Shown here: positions 17,766 through 26,716 of the stretch, in pieces
Layout: each line of letters begins with the position of its first letter
Position numbering within the stretch: the stretch's first letter is position 1
NCBI GenBank assembly: GCA_964594245.1
Contig: CAZQML010000191.1
Location: 1 to 37,742 of the forward strand
Source of the DNA: an uncultured Dehalococcoidales bacterium
GTDB lineage: Bacteria > Chloroflexota > Dehalococcoidia > GIF9 > AB-539-J10
Direction: 5' to 3'
Length of the DNA stretch: 37,742 bases
Notes under the pieces: generated by a model
What the model saw: the letters and a program-made list of their open reading frames with translations, nothing else
What the model was told of the DNA's origin: nothing
Databases searched by the model: none
Program-made: the position numbers and the translations under genes

Positions 17766-18968
17766 CTACTTGCCCGCGTCGGTCTGCGCCCGCGCCTGGA
17801 TGCGGTTGGGCAATCCCCACAGGCGGATGAATCCCGGCGAGTCGGACTGGTCAAATGTATCACCTTTATCATAGGTTGCAAGTCCGAAATCGTAGAGTGA
17901 GAACCGTGACTTGCGACCGATGACAGTGCAGTTGCCCTTGAACAGCTTCATGCGCACCGTGCCGCTGACGAACTCCTGTGTGCTGTCCACAAACGCTGCA
18001 AGGTTCCGACGAAGTCCGCCGAACCACAGTCCGTTGTAGATGATGTCGGAGTAGGTCCCCGCGACGTAGGCCTTGAACCGGAGCTGGTCCTTCGTCATCA
18101 CGAGGTTCTGCAGCGCCGCGTGGGCCTTCAACAGCACTGTGGCGGCAGGCGCCTCGTATATCTCACGCGACTTGATGCCGACCAGCCTGTTCTCCACGTG
18201 GTCGACTCTACCAACGCCGTGTTCTCCGGCGATGGCGTGCAGGGCCTCAACTAGCTTCACGCCGCTCATGCGGACGCCATCAAGCGCTACGGGGATTCCG
18301 CCCTCGAACTCAACCTCCACGTACGCCGGGGCGTCCGGCGCCTCGGAGGGGTCCTTCGTCCAGAGGTAGACATCAGCAGGCGGCTCGTTCCACGGGTCCT
18401 CGAGGACGCCTGTCTCAATGCTCCGGCCCCAGAGATTCTCATCTATGGAGTACGGGCTCTTCTTCGTTACGGGCACCGGAATCGAGTGCTTGTTCGTATA
18501 TGTGATGAGCTCTTCGCGGGTCAGACCCCACTCCCGGGCGGGGGCGATGATGCGCAGTTCCGGAGCCAGCGTTCCAACTCCCACGTCGAGCCGGACCTGG
18601 TCGTTGCCTTTTCCGGTGCACCCGTGCGCCACCGCAACGGCGCCCTTCTCTCGCGCAACCTGCACCAACAGTTTCGCAATCAGTGGCCGTCCGATGGCCG
18701 TGGCGAGCGAGTACTCGCCTTCATAGACAGCGTCCGCCTTGAGAGACGGGAACACGAAATCCGTGATGAACTCTTCCCTCGCGTCGGCAACAACTGCGTC
18801 GACAGCGCCGAGATCGAGCGCCTTCTGACGTATCGCCTCCATGTTGGGGACGTTGCCGATATCCACGGTGAAAGTCACTACATCCAGATTGTATTGCTCG
18901 CGTATCCACTTCACTGCGACGGACGTGTCCAGTCCTCCGGAATACGCAAGTACCGCCTTGTCAGCCAT
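17766..18968 (-). CDS. argG: argininosuccinate synthase
   Basis: N-terminal AYSGGLDTS ATP-pyrophosphatase motif, HGCTGKGNDQVR, and the NLWGRS...E block. Confidence 0.95.
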   Translation of the reverse strand: MADKAVLAYSGGLDTSVAVKWIREQYNLDVVTFTVDIGNVPNMEAIRQKALDLGAVDAVVADAREEFITDFVFPSLKADAVYEGEYSLATAIGRPLIAKLLVQVAREKGAVAVAHGCTGKGNDQVRLDVGVGTLAPELRIIAPAREWGLTREELITYTNKHSIPVPVTKKSPYSIDENLWGRSIETGVLEDPWNEPPADVYLWTKDPSEAPDAPAYVEVEFEGGIPVALDGVRMSGVKLVEALHAIAGEHGVGRVDHVENRLVGIKSREIYEAPAATVLLKAHAALQNLVMTKDQLRFKAYVAGTYSDIIYNGLWFGGLRRNLAAFVDSTQEFVSGTVRMKLFKGNCTVIGRKSRFSLYDFGLATYDKGDTFDQSDSPGFIRLWGLPNRIQARAQTDAGK

Positions 18969-18978
18969 TGGGCCTCCT

Positions 18979-20166
18979 TCAGAGAGAGGACAGAACGGTC
19001 CTCAGAATCCGCACTGCTTCGTCGATCTCCTCGTTGCTGGTGATCAAGGGTGGCATGAATCGCAGCGTGTTGGGGCGCACCCTGTTGAGCAGGAGTCCGG
19101 CATTCAGACAGCGCAGGTTGACCTCGTCGGCTATGTCCTCCTTGAAGTCAAGCGCTATCAGCAGCCCCCGCCCCCTTGTCTCCACCGCGACGTCGAAATC
19201 CGCCATGATTCCGTCAAGCTGTTGCATGAAGTGCTCGCCGGCGCGTTTCACACTGGCGCAGAGATCATGCTGGATGACGTAGGTCATCACCGCGTGGCCT
19301 GCCGCGCACGCGAGAGGGTTGCCTCCGAAGGTCCCGCCGTGGTCGCCGGGCTGGAACGCCGAAGCCTTCTCCGTGGCAAGGATCGCACCGATGGGCACAC
19401 CGGAGCCTAGCCCTTTCGCAAGGCTCATGATGTCCGGCTCGATCCCGAACTGCTCATAGGCAAACAGCGTCCCGGTCCTGGCGACTCCTGTCTGAACCTC
19501 GTCAAGTATGAGGAGAAGCCCCCGCTCATCGCACCAGTCCCGCACCTTGCGGAGGTAGTCCGCATCAGGGATTCGAACGCCGGCCTCGCCCTGGATGGGC
19601 TCAACCATGACCGCACAGGTCTGTGATGTCGTCCCGGCCTTGATTGCCTCGACGTCGTTCCACTCCACATTCACGAAACCGACTGGCACGGGAGCGTATA
19701 GCTCCTGATATTTCGGCTGGGCGGTAGCGGCCGTCATGGCGAGGGTGCGGCCGTGGAAGGAGTGTCCCACGGTAATGACCTCATACGCGCCATCTAGATG
19801 CAGCTTGCCGTAGCGCCTCGCCAGCTTGACTGCGCCCTCGACGGCCTCGACTCCACTGTTGGCGAAAAAGGCCCTGTCGAGGCAACTGTTCTCTATGAGC
19901 ACCTGGGCGAGCTGCAGTTGGGGCACGGTGTAGAACTGGTTGGATGTGTGGATGAGCGTCCTGGCCTGTCGCTCGATGGCTTCGACGAGTGCCGGGTGGC
20001 AATGGCCGAGGGTGTTCACCGCCCAGCCGCCGACAAAGTCGAGGTACTGTTTGCCGTGGTCGTCCCACACTCGTACGCCCTCTCCACGGACCAGAGTGAC
20101 GGGCACCCTGCGGAAGGTACGCAGATACAGGCGCTCTTCGATTTCAGGCCAGTTCATCTCTGACAA
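18979..20166 (-). CDS. argD: acetylornithine aminotransferase (class III PLP)
   Basis: GHCHP, DEVQTG..RTG, and the PLP lysine in SLAKGLGSGVPIGA. The start is ambiguous: TTG 20166 lies 7 nt after GGAGGG, ATG 20157 is an alternative, and the ORF opens at TTG 20184. All three overlap the argB 3-prime end. Confidence 0.9.
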   Translation of the reverse strand: MSEMNWPEIEERLYLRTFRRVPVTLVRGEGVRVWDDHGKQYLDFVGGWAVNTLGHCHPALVEAIERQARTLIHTSNQFYTVPQLQLAQVLIENSCLDRAFFANSGVEAVEGAVKLARRYGKLHLDGAYEVITVGHSFHGRTLAMTAATAQPKYQELYAPVPVGFVNVEWNDVEAIKAGTTSQTCAVMVEPIQGEAGVRIPDADYLRKVRDWCDERGLLLILDEVQTGVARTGTLFAYEQFGIEPDIMSLAKGLGSGVPIGAILATEKASAFQPGDHGGTFGGNPLACAAGHAVMTYVIQHDLCASVKRAGEHFMQQLDGIMADFDVAVETRGRGLLIALDFKEDIADEVNLRCLNAGLLLNRVRPNTLRFMPPLITSNEEIDEAVRILRTVLSSL

Positions 20167-20932
20167 TGGATGTCCCTCCAACACTATGGTCGAATTCGCG
20201 CAGCAACGCGTGCTCCGCGGTCCCGTCTATGATACGCGCCTCGGCTACTGACCGCGACGCCGCGGCACACGCCCGTGCCTTCGGAAGCATTCCACCCTGC
20301 ACGACGCCGTCAGCCATGAGTTGGCGCACAGCGGACACGGTGAGCCGCGAAAGCACCTGCTTGCGCCCGTCAAGTATGCCGGGAACGTCGGTGAGAAACA
20401 CGAGCCGGGAGGCTCCGGTGGCGATAGCAAGCTCCGCAGCTACGTCGTCCGCGTTGACGTTGAGAAAGGTCTCGCTGCCCTCGTGCACTCCATGGCACAA
20501 GGGGGCGACCACCGGCAGGAAACCTTCGTTCAAGAGTGCAGACAACAGGTGCGTGTCAACCTGTGCTATCTCGCCCACGTAGCCAAGCTCCGGCTGGCGA
20601 ATCTCCGCGGAAATGAGGCCGGCATCCAACCCGGCGATGCCCACAGCCCTACCGCCCAACGCGTTCAACTGCAGTACCAGACGCTTGTTCACCAACCCTG
20701 CCAGAACCGCTGCGACCACGCCTAGTTCGTCCTCTCCCGTAACCCTTAGCCCACCTACGAAGCGAGACTCCAGACCTAGGCGTGATGACCACTGGCTGAC
20801 CTCACTGCCGCCACCGTGCACGACAATCACCCTCTCGGAGCGTTTCTGAAGCGAGACAAGGTCTGCCAGAGAGGTATCGCTTTGCCCGAGGGTGCTCCCG
20901 CCTATCTTGACGACTACTGTGTGTCCAGTCAA
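20144..20932 (-). CDS. argB: acetylglutamate kinase
   Basis: VVKIGGS, VVHGGG and LNVNADDVAAELA motifs of the amino-acid kinase family. Confidence 0.95.
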   Translation of the reverse strand: MTGHTVVVKIGGSTLGQSDTSLADLVSLQKRSERVIVVHGGGSEVSQWSSRLGLESRFVGGLRVTGEDELGVVAAVLAGLVNKRLVLQLNALGGRAVGIAGLDAGLISAEIRQPELGYVGEIAQVDTHLLSALLNEGFLPVVAPLCHGVHEGSETFLNVNADDVAAELAIATGASRLVFLTDVPGILDGRKQVLSRLTVSAVRQLMADGVVQGGMLPKARACAAASRSVAEARIIDGTAEHALLREFDHSVGGTSIVRDELA

Positions 20933-20944
20933 CAGTGTTCCGCG

Positions 20945-22141
20945 CTACGTGGTGTAGGAAGCGTTAATGGTAACATAATCTGGAGACAGGTCACAGCCCC
21001 AAGCAGTCGCGGTCCCAGACCCGAGTTGAAGCCCGATCAGCACCTCGACCGTGGCGGATTCCATCGACTTCCTCAGGTCGGCCTCACTGAATGCCAGCGG
21101 CATCCCCCGCGACATCACCGGGACGCCATTGAGGGACAGACTCACCAGCAGAGGGTCGATCTCCGCTCCGCTGCGCCCTGCGGCGCAGACAATCCTGCCC
21201 CAGTTGGGGTCCGCGCCGTGAATCGCGGCCTTCACGAGTGGCGAGCTTGCCACCGTCCGGGCCGCTATTCGCGCGTCAGCGATGCTCCGGGCTCCGACAA
21301 CGGACACTTCGATGAGCTTGCCGGCGCCCTCGCCATCCGCTGCTATGGCCCTCGCCATGTGCTCACAGACGAACGCAAGTGCTTCCTCGAACGCATGTCC
21401 GGTCTTCTCATCCAGCTGCTCGTTTCCGGCCAGCCCGTTGGCGAGCACGAATACCGTGTCGCTCGGGCTGGTGTCTCCGTCAACAGATACCATGTTCAGG
21501 GTGCGGTCGACGCTCCGGCCAAGAGCCGTCCGCAGGAACCCGCGGTCAACGCAGGCGTCAGTGGTGACGAAGCAGAGCATGGTGCCCATGTTCGGGTGAA
21601 TCATCCCCGAGCCCTTGGCTGCAGCGCCGATGACCGCGCGCCCGCCCGGGACATCAACTGCGACGGCAATCTCTTTGGGCCTCGTGTCGGTTGTCATGAT
21701 GGCGCGGGCAAAGGAGTGCCCGTTTGCCTTGCGTAGGTCGATCTTGCCGAGCCCGTCCTTGATGCGGTCCAGCGGCAGAAACGTCCCAATTACGCCTGTG
21801 CTCGCCACAAGCACGTCGTCGCCGTGAAGCCCCAGTTTCGCAGCGGCCATTGAGGCCATTGACTCCGCATCCCGGAGGCCGCGTTCGCCCGTGCACGCAT
21901 TGGCGCATCCGGAATTGACCACGACGGCGCTGGCGCTTCCGCGCGCCACTCGGTGCTCCGACACCTGGACCGGCGCCGACCGGATTGTGTTCCTGGTGAA
22001 CACTCCCGCAGCTGTGGCAGGGACTGCCGACGCAAGGAGGCCGACGTCGTGCTTGCCGGGATACTTTATGCCCGCAGCGGCCGTCCCGGCTTTGAATCCT
22101 TTGGGCGAAGTGACCTGCCCGTCGTCAATCGTCGTGAACAT
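20945..22141 (-). CDS. argJ: bifunctional ornithine acetyltransferase / N-acetylglutamate synthase
   Basis: ArgJ autoproteolysis site context MIHPNMGTMLCFVTTDA, N-terminal SPKGFKA..AAAGIK, and a C-terminal INASYTT-type end. Confidence 0.95.
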   Translation of the reverse strand: MFTTIDDGQVTSPKGFKAGTAAAGIKYPGKHDVGLLASAVPATAAGVFTRNTIRSAPVQVSEHRVARGSASAVVVNSGCANACTGERGLRDAESMASMAAAKLGLHGDDVLVASTGVIGTFLPLDRIKDGLGKIDLRKANGHSFARAIMTTDTRPKEIAVAVDVPGGRAVIGAAAKGSGMIHPNMGTMLCFVTTDACVDRGFLRTALGRSVDRTLNMVSVDGDTSPSDTVFVLANGLAGNEQLDEKTGHAFEEALAFVCEHMARAIAADGEGAGKLIEVSVVGARSIADARIAARTVASSPLVKAAIHGADPNWGRIVCAAGRSGAEIDPLLVSLSLNGVPVMSRGMPLAFSEADLRKSMESATVEVLIGLQLGSGTATAWGCDLSPDYVTINASYTT

Positions 22142-22165
22142 ATGATGTAGCTCCTGCTGAACGAC

Positions 22166-22195
22166 ATTGTAACCGATGAGGTGCAGCTTGTGTCA
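22166..22195 (-). promoter_or_regulatory. candidate arg operon promoter TGACAC-18-TACAAT
   Basis: The minus strand reads cTGACACaagctgcacctcatcggtTACAATgtcg. The -10 lies 24 nt upstream of the argJ ATG. Confidence 0.35.
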
Positions 22196-22227
22196 GAGTG
22201 CGAGTTCGGTGTGCGCCGCCTCAGCCT

Positions 22228-22256
22228 TTAGCATGGGACGTGCGATGGTCTATAAT
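22228..22256 (+). promoter_or_regulatory. candidate promoter TTAGCA-17-TATAAT for the oxidoreductase operon
   Basis: TTAGCA (22228-22233), 17-nt spacer, perfect TATAAT (22251-22256). It lies 70 nt upstream of ATG 22328. Confidence 0.5.
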
Positions 22257-22327
22257 GGTGCACTCGCGGCGGACTGCACCCGAAGGCAGCTGTGCATGTG
22301 TGGTCGCGCTGATCAGAGAGAATTGCT

Positions 22328-23470
22328 ATGTCTTGGCGAACGCTTTCGAGTACTCTGCCCCCCGGCCGCTACTACCTGTCCGGCGCCGATGCCATCGTGG
22401 AGGGTGCAGTTGCCGCTCGATGCGGTTATTTCGCCGGCTACCCTATTACGCCCACGACCGAAGTTCTGGAGCGCATAGCCGTTCGCTTCCCCGAGGAGGG
22501 AGCCGCCTTCATGCAGATGGAGGATGAGATTGCCTCAGTCTGTTCATGCATCGGTGCGTCCTGGGCCGGAGTCAAGGCGATGACCGTTACCTCCGGGCCG
22601 GGTTTCAGCCTGATGCAGGAGGGCATCGGGCACGCCATAATGACGGAGGCTCCGCTGGTGGTTGTGGATGGGCAGCGTGCCGGTCCGAGCACAGGTCAGG
22701 TGACAGTCGGAGCAGGCGACGTGATGCAGGCGCGCTGGGGCACCCACGGCGGCATTCCCACCATAGCTCTGGCGCCGTGGTCGGTCCAGGAGCTGTACGA
22801 TGGTACGATTCGGGCCTTCAATCTTGCCGAGCAGTACCGGGTGCCGGTGCTCTTCATGGCCGAGGCGGCGACTACCCATCTGAACGAGCCCCTTGAGATT
22901 CCTTCCGAGGTGCGGCTCTTTGAGCGCGACAAGAGCCCGGGGCAGCCGCCGTTTGGGTGCGAATCGCCGGATGGCGTGCCTCCCATGCCCAGCTTTGGCG
23001 AAGGAGAGAAACTGCTGGTTACTGGTTCAACCCACGACCCGAGGGGATATCGGCGCACCGCTGACCCAACCACCGAGAGGGTACTCACGGGTCGTCTCTA
23101 CAACAAGATAATGATGCACGTCTCCGACATTGCCGAAGTGGAGGAATACTATCTGGACGACGCGGAGCTGGCGGTGGCCGCCTACGGCTTCACCGCGCGG
23201 AGCGCGCTGGCGGCTGTAGAGCAGTTGCGGCAGGAAGGCCTGAAGGTTGGGCTGCTGAGGTTGAAGACACTCTGGCCGTTTCCTGCTGAGGCTGTGGCGA
23301 AGATTGGGAAGAGAGTGAAGACGATGCTTGTGCCCGAGATGAATCTGGGACAACTCGTTCACGTTGTCTCAGCCTCTGCTCCGTGCAAGGTAGTCCCCTA
23401 CAACCAGATGGACGGAACGGTAATCTATCCTTCAGCCATTGCTGAGGCGCTAAGGAAGGCTTGCCCATGA
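22328..23470 (+). CDS. 2-oxoacid:ferredoxin oxidoreductase, alpha subunit (KorA/PorA type)
   Basis: GADAIVEGAVAARCGYFAGYPITPTTEV...FMQMEDEIASV...GASWAGVKAMTVTSGPGFSLM.E is typical of OFOR alpha subunits. Substrate specificity cannot be told from the sequence alone. Confidence 0.9.
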   Translation: MSWRTLSSTLPPGRYYLSGADAIVEGAVAARCGYFAGYPITPTTEVLERIAVRFPEEGAAFMQMEDEIASVCSCIGASWAGVKAMTVTSGPGFSLMQEGIGHAIMTEAPLVVVDGQRAGPSTGQVTVGAGDVMQARWGTHGGIPTIALAPWSVQELYDGTIRAFNLAEQYRVPVLFMAEAATTHLNEPLEIPSEVRLFERDKSPGQPPFGCESPDGVPPMPSFGEGEKLLVTGSTHDPRGYRRTADPTTERVLTGRLYNKIMMHVSDIAEVEEYYLDDAELAVAAYGFTARSALAAVEQLRQEGLKVGLLRLKTLWPFPAEAVAKIGKRVKTMLVPEMNLGQLVHVVSASAPCKVVPYNQMDGTVIYPSAIAEALRKACP

Positions 23471-24225
23471 GCGCAGACTGGCGGAAGTATCTACGCCCCG
23501 GCGTCACGCTGCCGTTCTGCCCGGGCTGCGGTCACCGTCTTCTTCTGAAGCACATTCTTGTGGCGGTGGACGAGTTGGGACTCGACTTCGACCAGATGCT
23601 CTTCGTGTCGGGCATTGGGTGTGCGGGCTGGATTCCCAGTCCGTGCTTCAATGCCGATACGCTGCACTGCCTGCATGGCAGGGCTGTGCCTTTCGCTGTC
23701 GGGGCAAAGCATGCCAACCCGAAGCTGACGACGGTCGTGGTGAGCGGCGATGGCGACCTTGTCGACATTGGCGGGAACCATCTCATCCACGCTGCCCGGC
23801 GGGATGAGGATATAACGGTCATATGCGCCAACAACATGAACTACGGCATGACCGGCGGCCAGGTCTGCTCGACGACTCCAATAGGGGCGACGACGCACAC
23901 GACGCCGCGGGGCAATACCTGGCGCCCGTTCGACCTCTGTGCGCTTGTTCGAGGCGCAGGTGGCAAGTACGCGGCCCGATATCTGGTGACTCAGGGAGAC
24001 GCACTTGTGGCGGCCATCAAGCGGGCGATACAGACGCCCGGATTCATGTTCGTGGAGGCGCTGTCACCGTGTCCGACGCAGTTCGGGAGACAGAATCGCA
24101 TGGACAGCATCAAGGAAGCCTACCAGTATGTCGAGGCGATGACACTGCCGCTTGAGCGGGCATCCTCCGGGGAAGACCGTGACAGGGCGCCGGTATTGCT
24201 CACCGGCGAGTTTGAGAATGACTGA
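23467..24225 (+). CDS. 2-oxoacid:ferredoxin oxidoreductase, beta subunit (TPP-binding)
   Basis: FCPGCGH near the N-terminus, GIGC, VVSGDGD (TPP/Mg motif) and NNMNYGMTGGQ. ATG 23467 overlaps the alpha stop as ATGA and has AAGGAAGG 8 nt upstream. The ORF opens at TTG 23461. Confidence 0.9.
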   Translation: MSADWRKYLRPGVTLPFCPGCGHRLLLKHILVAVDELGLDFDQMLFVSGIGCAGWIPSPCFNADTLHCLHGRAVPFAVGAKHANPKLTTVVVSGDGDLVDIGGNHLIHAARRDEDITVICANNMNYGMTGGQVCSTTPIGATTHTTPRGNTWRPFDLCALVRGAGGKYAARYLVTQGDALVAAIKRAIQTPGFMFVEALSPCPTQFGRQNRMDSIKEAYQYVEAMTLPLERASSGEDRDRAPVLLTGEFEND

Positions 24226-24772
24226 AAGCAAGCAGATTCTGTTGTGTGGGGTGGGTGGTCAGGGAATCGTCACGGCCGGTGGGCTGCTTGGTGCCGCCGC
24301 ATTCGGCGAGGGCCGGCATGTTTCCGGCACCAGCTCATACGGCGCCGCCGCGCGCGGGGGCGAATGCAGGGCGGAGGTTGTGATTTCGGCCTCTCCTGTC
24401 TCGTTTCCTTTCGTGACTAGAGCAGACCTCCTTGTCGCCCTCTCGCAGTCAGCGTATGACAGATACCTCCCGTGGACGGCCGAGTCCTCCGGAGTCGTCT
24501 TTCACGACACACTTCTGGTATCGCCCGCGGCTACGGCAACCCAGCGACACATCGGCATTTCCGCGACGCAGTCGACCGAGGAGGTCCTGGGAACCAGGCT
24601 CGGTGCGAACATCGTTATGCTTGCTGCTGTTGTAGAGGTTGTCGGCCCTATCGGCAAAGAATCGCTTCTCAAGGTGATTTCGGAGCGTTCGTCGGACCGT
24701 TTTCGGGATCGCAATTTGCGCGCTGCTGAACTCGGATTTGCACTCGGCAGCCAGGTCTCCAAAGACTGCTAG
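24218..24772 (+). CDS. 2-oxoacid:ferredoxin oxidoreductase, gamma subunit
   Basis: MTESKQILLCGVGGQGIVTAG is the characteristic G.GGQG N-terminus of OFOR gamma subunits. ATG 24218 overlaps the beta stop as ATGACTGA. Confidence 0.85.
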   Translation: MTESKQILLCGVGGQGIVTAGGLLGAAAFGEGRHVSGTSSYGAAARGGECRAEVVISASPVSFPFVTRADLLVALSQSAYDRYLPWTAESSGVVFHDTLLVSPAATATQRHIGISATQSTEEVLGTRLGANIVMLAAVVEVVGPIGKESLLKVISERSSDRFRDRNLRAAELGFALGSQVSKDC

Positions 24773-24798
24773 GCAATTCCACGGCACCGACACCGCAG

Positions 24799-24807
24799 TG
24801 CTAGAAT
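24799..24807 (+). promoter_or_regulatory. candidate extended -10 TGcTAGAAT upstream of yebC
   Basis: TG (24799-24800), c, TAGAAT (24802-24807). It lies 19 nt upstream of ATG 24827, with GAGGG as the SD. No good -35 is present. Confidence 0.3.
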
Positions 24808-24826
24808 CTCGATATGAGGGTAGAAC

Positions 24827-25576
24827 ATGTCAGGACATTCTAAGTGGTCGACGATCAAGCGACAGAAGGGCGTTGCGGATGCTCGCCGCGGGCAGGTGTT
24901 CACGAAGATAGCGCGGGAGATTATCGTAGCCGTTCGCCAGGGGGGACCCAGCCTGGATTCCAATTACCAGCTTCGCCTTGCAATCCAGAAGGCCAAGGAC
25001 AACAACATGCCTTCGGAGAACGTTGACCGTGCCATCAAGCGGGCGAGCGGCGGCGGCGACGCGGCGAGCCTTGTCGAGTTCAAACTCGAGGGCTACGGCC
25101 CCAATGGCGTTGCCGTGCTGGTGGAGGCGTTGAGTGACAATCGCAACCGCACGGTTCAGGAGGTCAGAAGCAGGTTGGTGCGACATGGTGGCAGTCTCGG
25201 CGAGACCGGGTGCGTCGCGTGGATGTTTGACACATACGGCCTGATCTCAATCGAGACAGACGAGGACAAGGCGGACGACGTAGCGCTGCAGGCCATCGAT
25301 GCCGGCGCAGACGATGTGAAGACCGATGGCGGCTACGTTGAGGTGTACACGGACCCGCCCAAGATGGAGGAAGTCAGGAAGGCGCTGGAGCAGGACTTCC
25401 ACGTGGTTTCGGCGGAGGTCTCCATGGTTCCCAAGATATCGGTCATGCTGGAAGAGGCGAAGGCGCTGCAGATACTTCACTTCATTGACCAGATTGAGCA
25501 ACTTGACGACGTCCAGCGTGTGTACTCGAACGCTGACTTCCCGGACTCGGCCCTGGAGAAAATGGGGCAGGCCTAG
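24827..25576 (+). CDS. yebC: YebC/PmpR family DNA-binding transcriptional regulator
   Basis: The invariant N-terminus MSGHSKWSTIKRQKG..DA.RG..F.K and the full-length family pattern are present. Confidence 0.95.
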   Translation: MSGHSKWSTIKRQKGVADARRGQVFTKIAREIIVAVRQGGPSLDSNYQLRLAIQKAKDNNMPSENVDRAIKRASGGGDAASLVEFKLEGYGPNGVAVLVEALSDNRNRTVQEVRSRLVRHGGSLGETGCVAWMFDTYGLISIETDEDKADDVALQAIDAGADDVKTDGGYVEVYTDPPKMEEVRKALEQDFHVVSAEVSMVPKISVMLEEAKALQILHFIDQIEQLDDVQRVYSNADFPDSALEKMGQA

Positions 25577-25580
25577 CAGG

Positions 25581-26078
25581 ATGCGCGTCCTCGGCATTGA
25601 TCCGGGTACCGTGATGACAGGGTATGGAGTTGTCGAGGGCCCTACCGGCCTACGGCTCGTCGACTGTGGGACGCTTCGCTTCCCGACCCGCGTCCCGATT
25701 GAACGCAGGCTCTGGTCGATATTCGAAGGCGTCTGTGGCCTCATCGAGTCCCATCAGCCGGACGAGGTTGCTATCGAGGAGCCGTTCGTCGGCATCAATG
25801 TCAGGTCGGCGTTCATGATTGGCAGAGCACAGGCGGTGGCCGTACTCGCGGCGGCGCGCTCGGGTCTGCCTACCGCATACTACTCGCCCGCGGAAGTGAA
25901 ACAACAGGTCTGCGGATATGGTCGTAGCGACAAGGCACAGGTCCGCACAATGGTGATGCTGGAACTGAGGGTCAAAGACAGTACTCTCGGAACTGACGCT
26001 ACAGACGCGCTTGCAATCGCTCTGTGTCATATCTGGCGCACGGCGGCGTTGGAGCGCCTGGCAGGAGGGGGGAAGTGA
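25581..26078 (+). CDS. ruvC: crossover junction endodeoxyribonuclease RuvC
   Basis: MRVLGIDPGTVMTGYGVVE, AIEEPF, ...TDATDALAIALCH. It is the in-frame 3-prime part of spurious ORF 25326..26078. Confidence 0.95.
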   Translation: MRVLGIDPGTVMTGYGVVEGPTGLRLVDCGTLRFPTRVPIERRLWSIFEGVCGLIESHQPDEVAIEEPFVGINVRSAFMIGRAQAVAVLAAARSGLPTAYYSPAEVKQQVCGYGRSDKAQVRTMVMLELRVKDSTLGTDATDALAIALCHIWRTAALERLAGGGK

Positions 26079-26656
26079 TTGCGTTCCTGGACGGAATTGT
26101 GGACTTCAAGGGAGCCGACTACGTTGTAATCAACGTAGGAGGCATAGGTTTTCAGGTTCGCACTTCATCACGTACCATCGACGAGATTGGCGAACCGGGC
26201 GGGCGCGCTGTGCTGCAGACATGTCTGCTGGTGCGCGATGACTCTCCGGTCCTCTATGGCTTTGGCTCGGATGAAGAGCTCGCGCTGTTTCAGGACCTCA
26301 TATCCGTGAGTGGCGTCGGGCCTCGGGTCGGCCTCATGCTGCTGGGGTCTCTCAAGCCCGAGGACCTCGCTGCCGCTATCGTACGGGGGGACACCGAGCT
26401 GATATCGCGGGTTCCAGGCGTTGGCAAGAGGACCTCTGCCAGGCTGTGTGTTGAGCTGAGTCCAAAGATGGAGCGCTACGTCAAGGGCGTTGCCGGCGCG
26501 GCGCGTGAGGGTGATGGGGAGTTGGTTGCGGCACTGACGGCGCTTGGCTACTCTCTCCGAGAGGCAGTGGAGGCTGCACATTCGATGGGAGGGGAACAGG
26601 GTCTCCCTCTCGAAGACCGGCTGAAGCTCGCGTTGCGGTCTCTTGCGAGTCGCTGA
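26075..26656 (+). CDS. ruvA: Holliday junction branch migration complex subunit RuvA
   Basis: (V)IAFLDGIV...VINVGGIGFQV, HhH motifs LISVSGVGPRVGL and ISRVPGVGKRTSARL, and a C-terminal domain III. GTG 26075 overlaps the ruvC stop as GTGA. Confidence 0.93.
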   Translation: MIAFLDGIVDFKGADYVVINVGGIGFQVRTSSRTIDEIGEPGGRAVLQTCLLVRDDSPVLYGFGSDEELALFQDLISVSGVGPRVGLMLLGSLKPEDLAAAIVRGDTELISRVPGVGKRTSARLCVELSPKMERYVKGVAGAAREGDGELVAALTALGYSLREAVEAAHSMGGEQGLPLEDRLKLALRSLASR

Positions 26657-26716
26657 GGGCCGCTACCGTGGCGGTGTAGCGCCGCGAGTGTCCCGGTGTG
26701 TGGCTCACGCAGTAAC

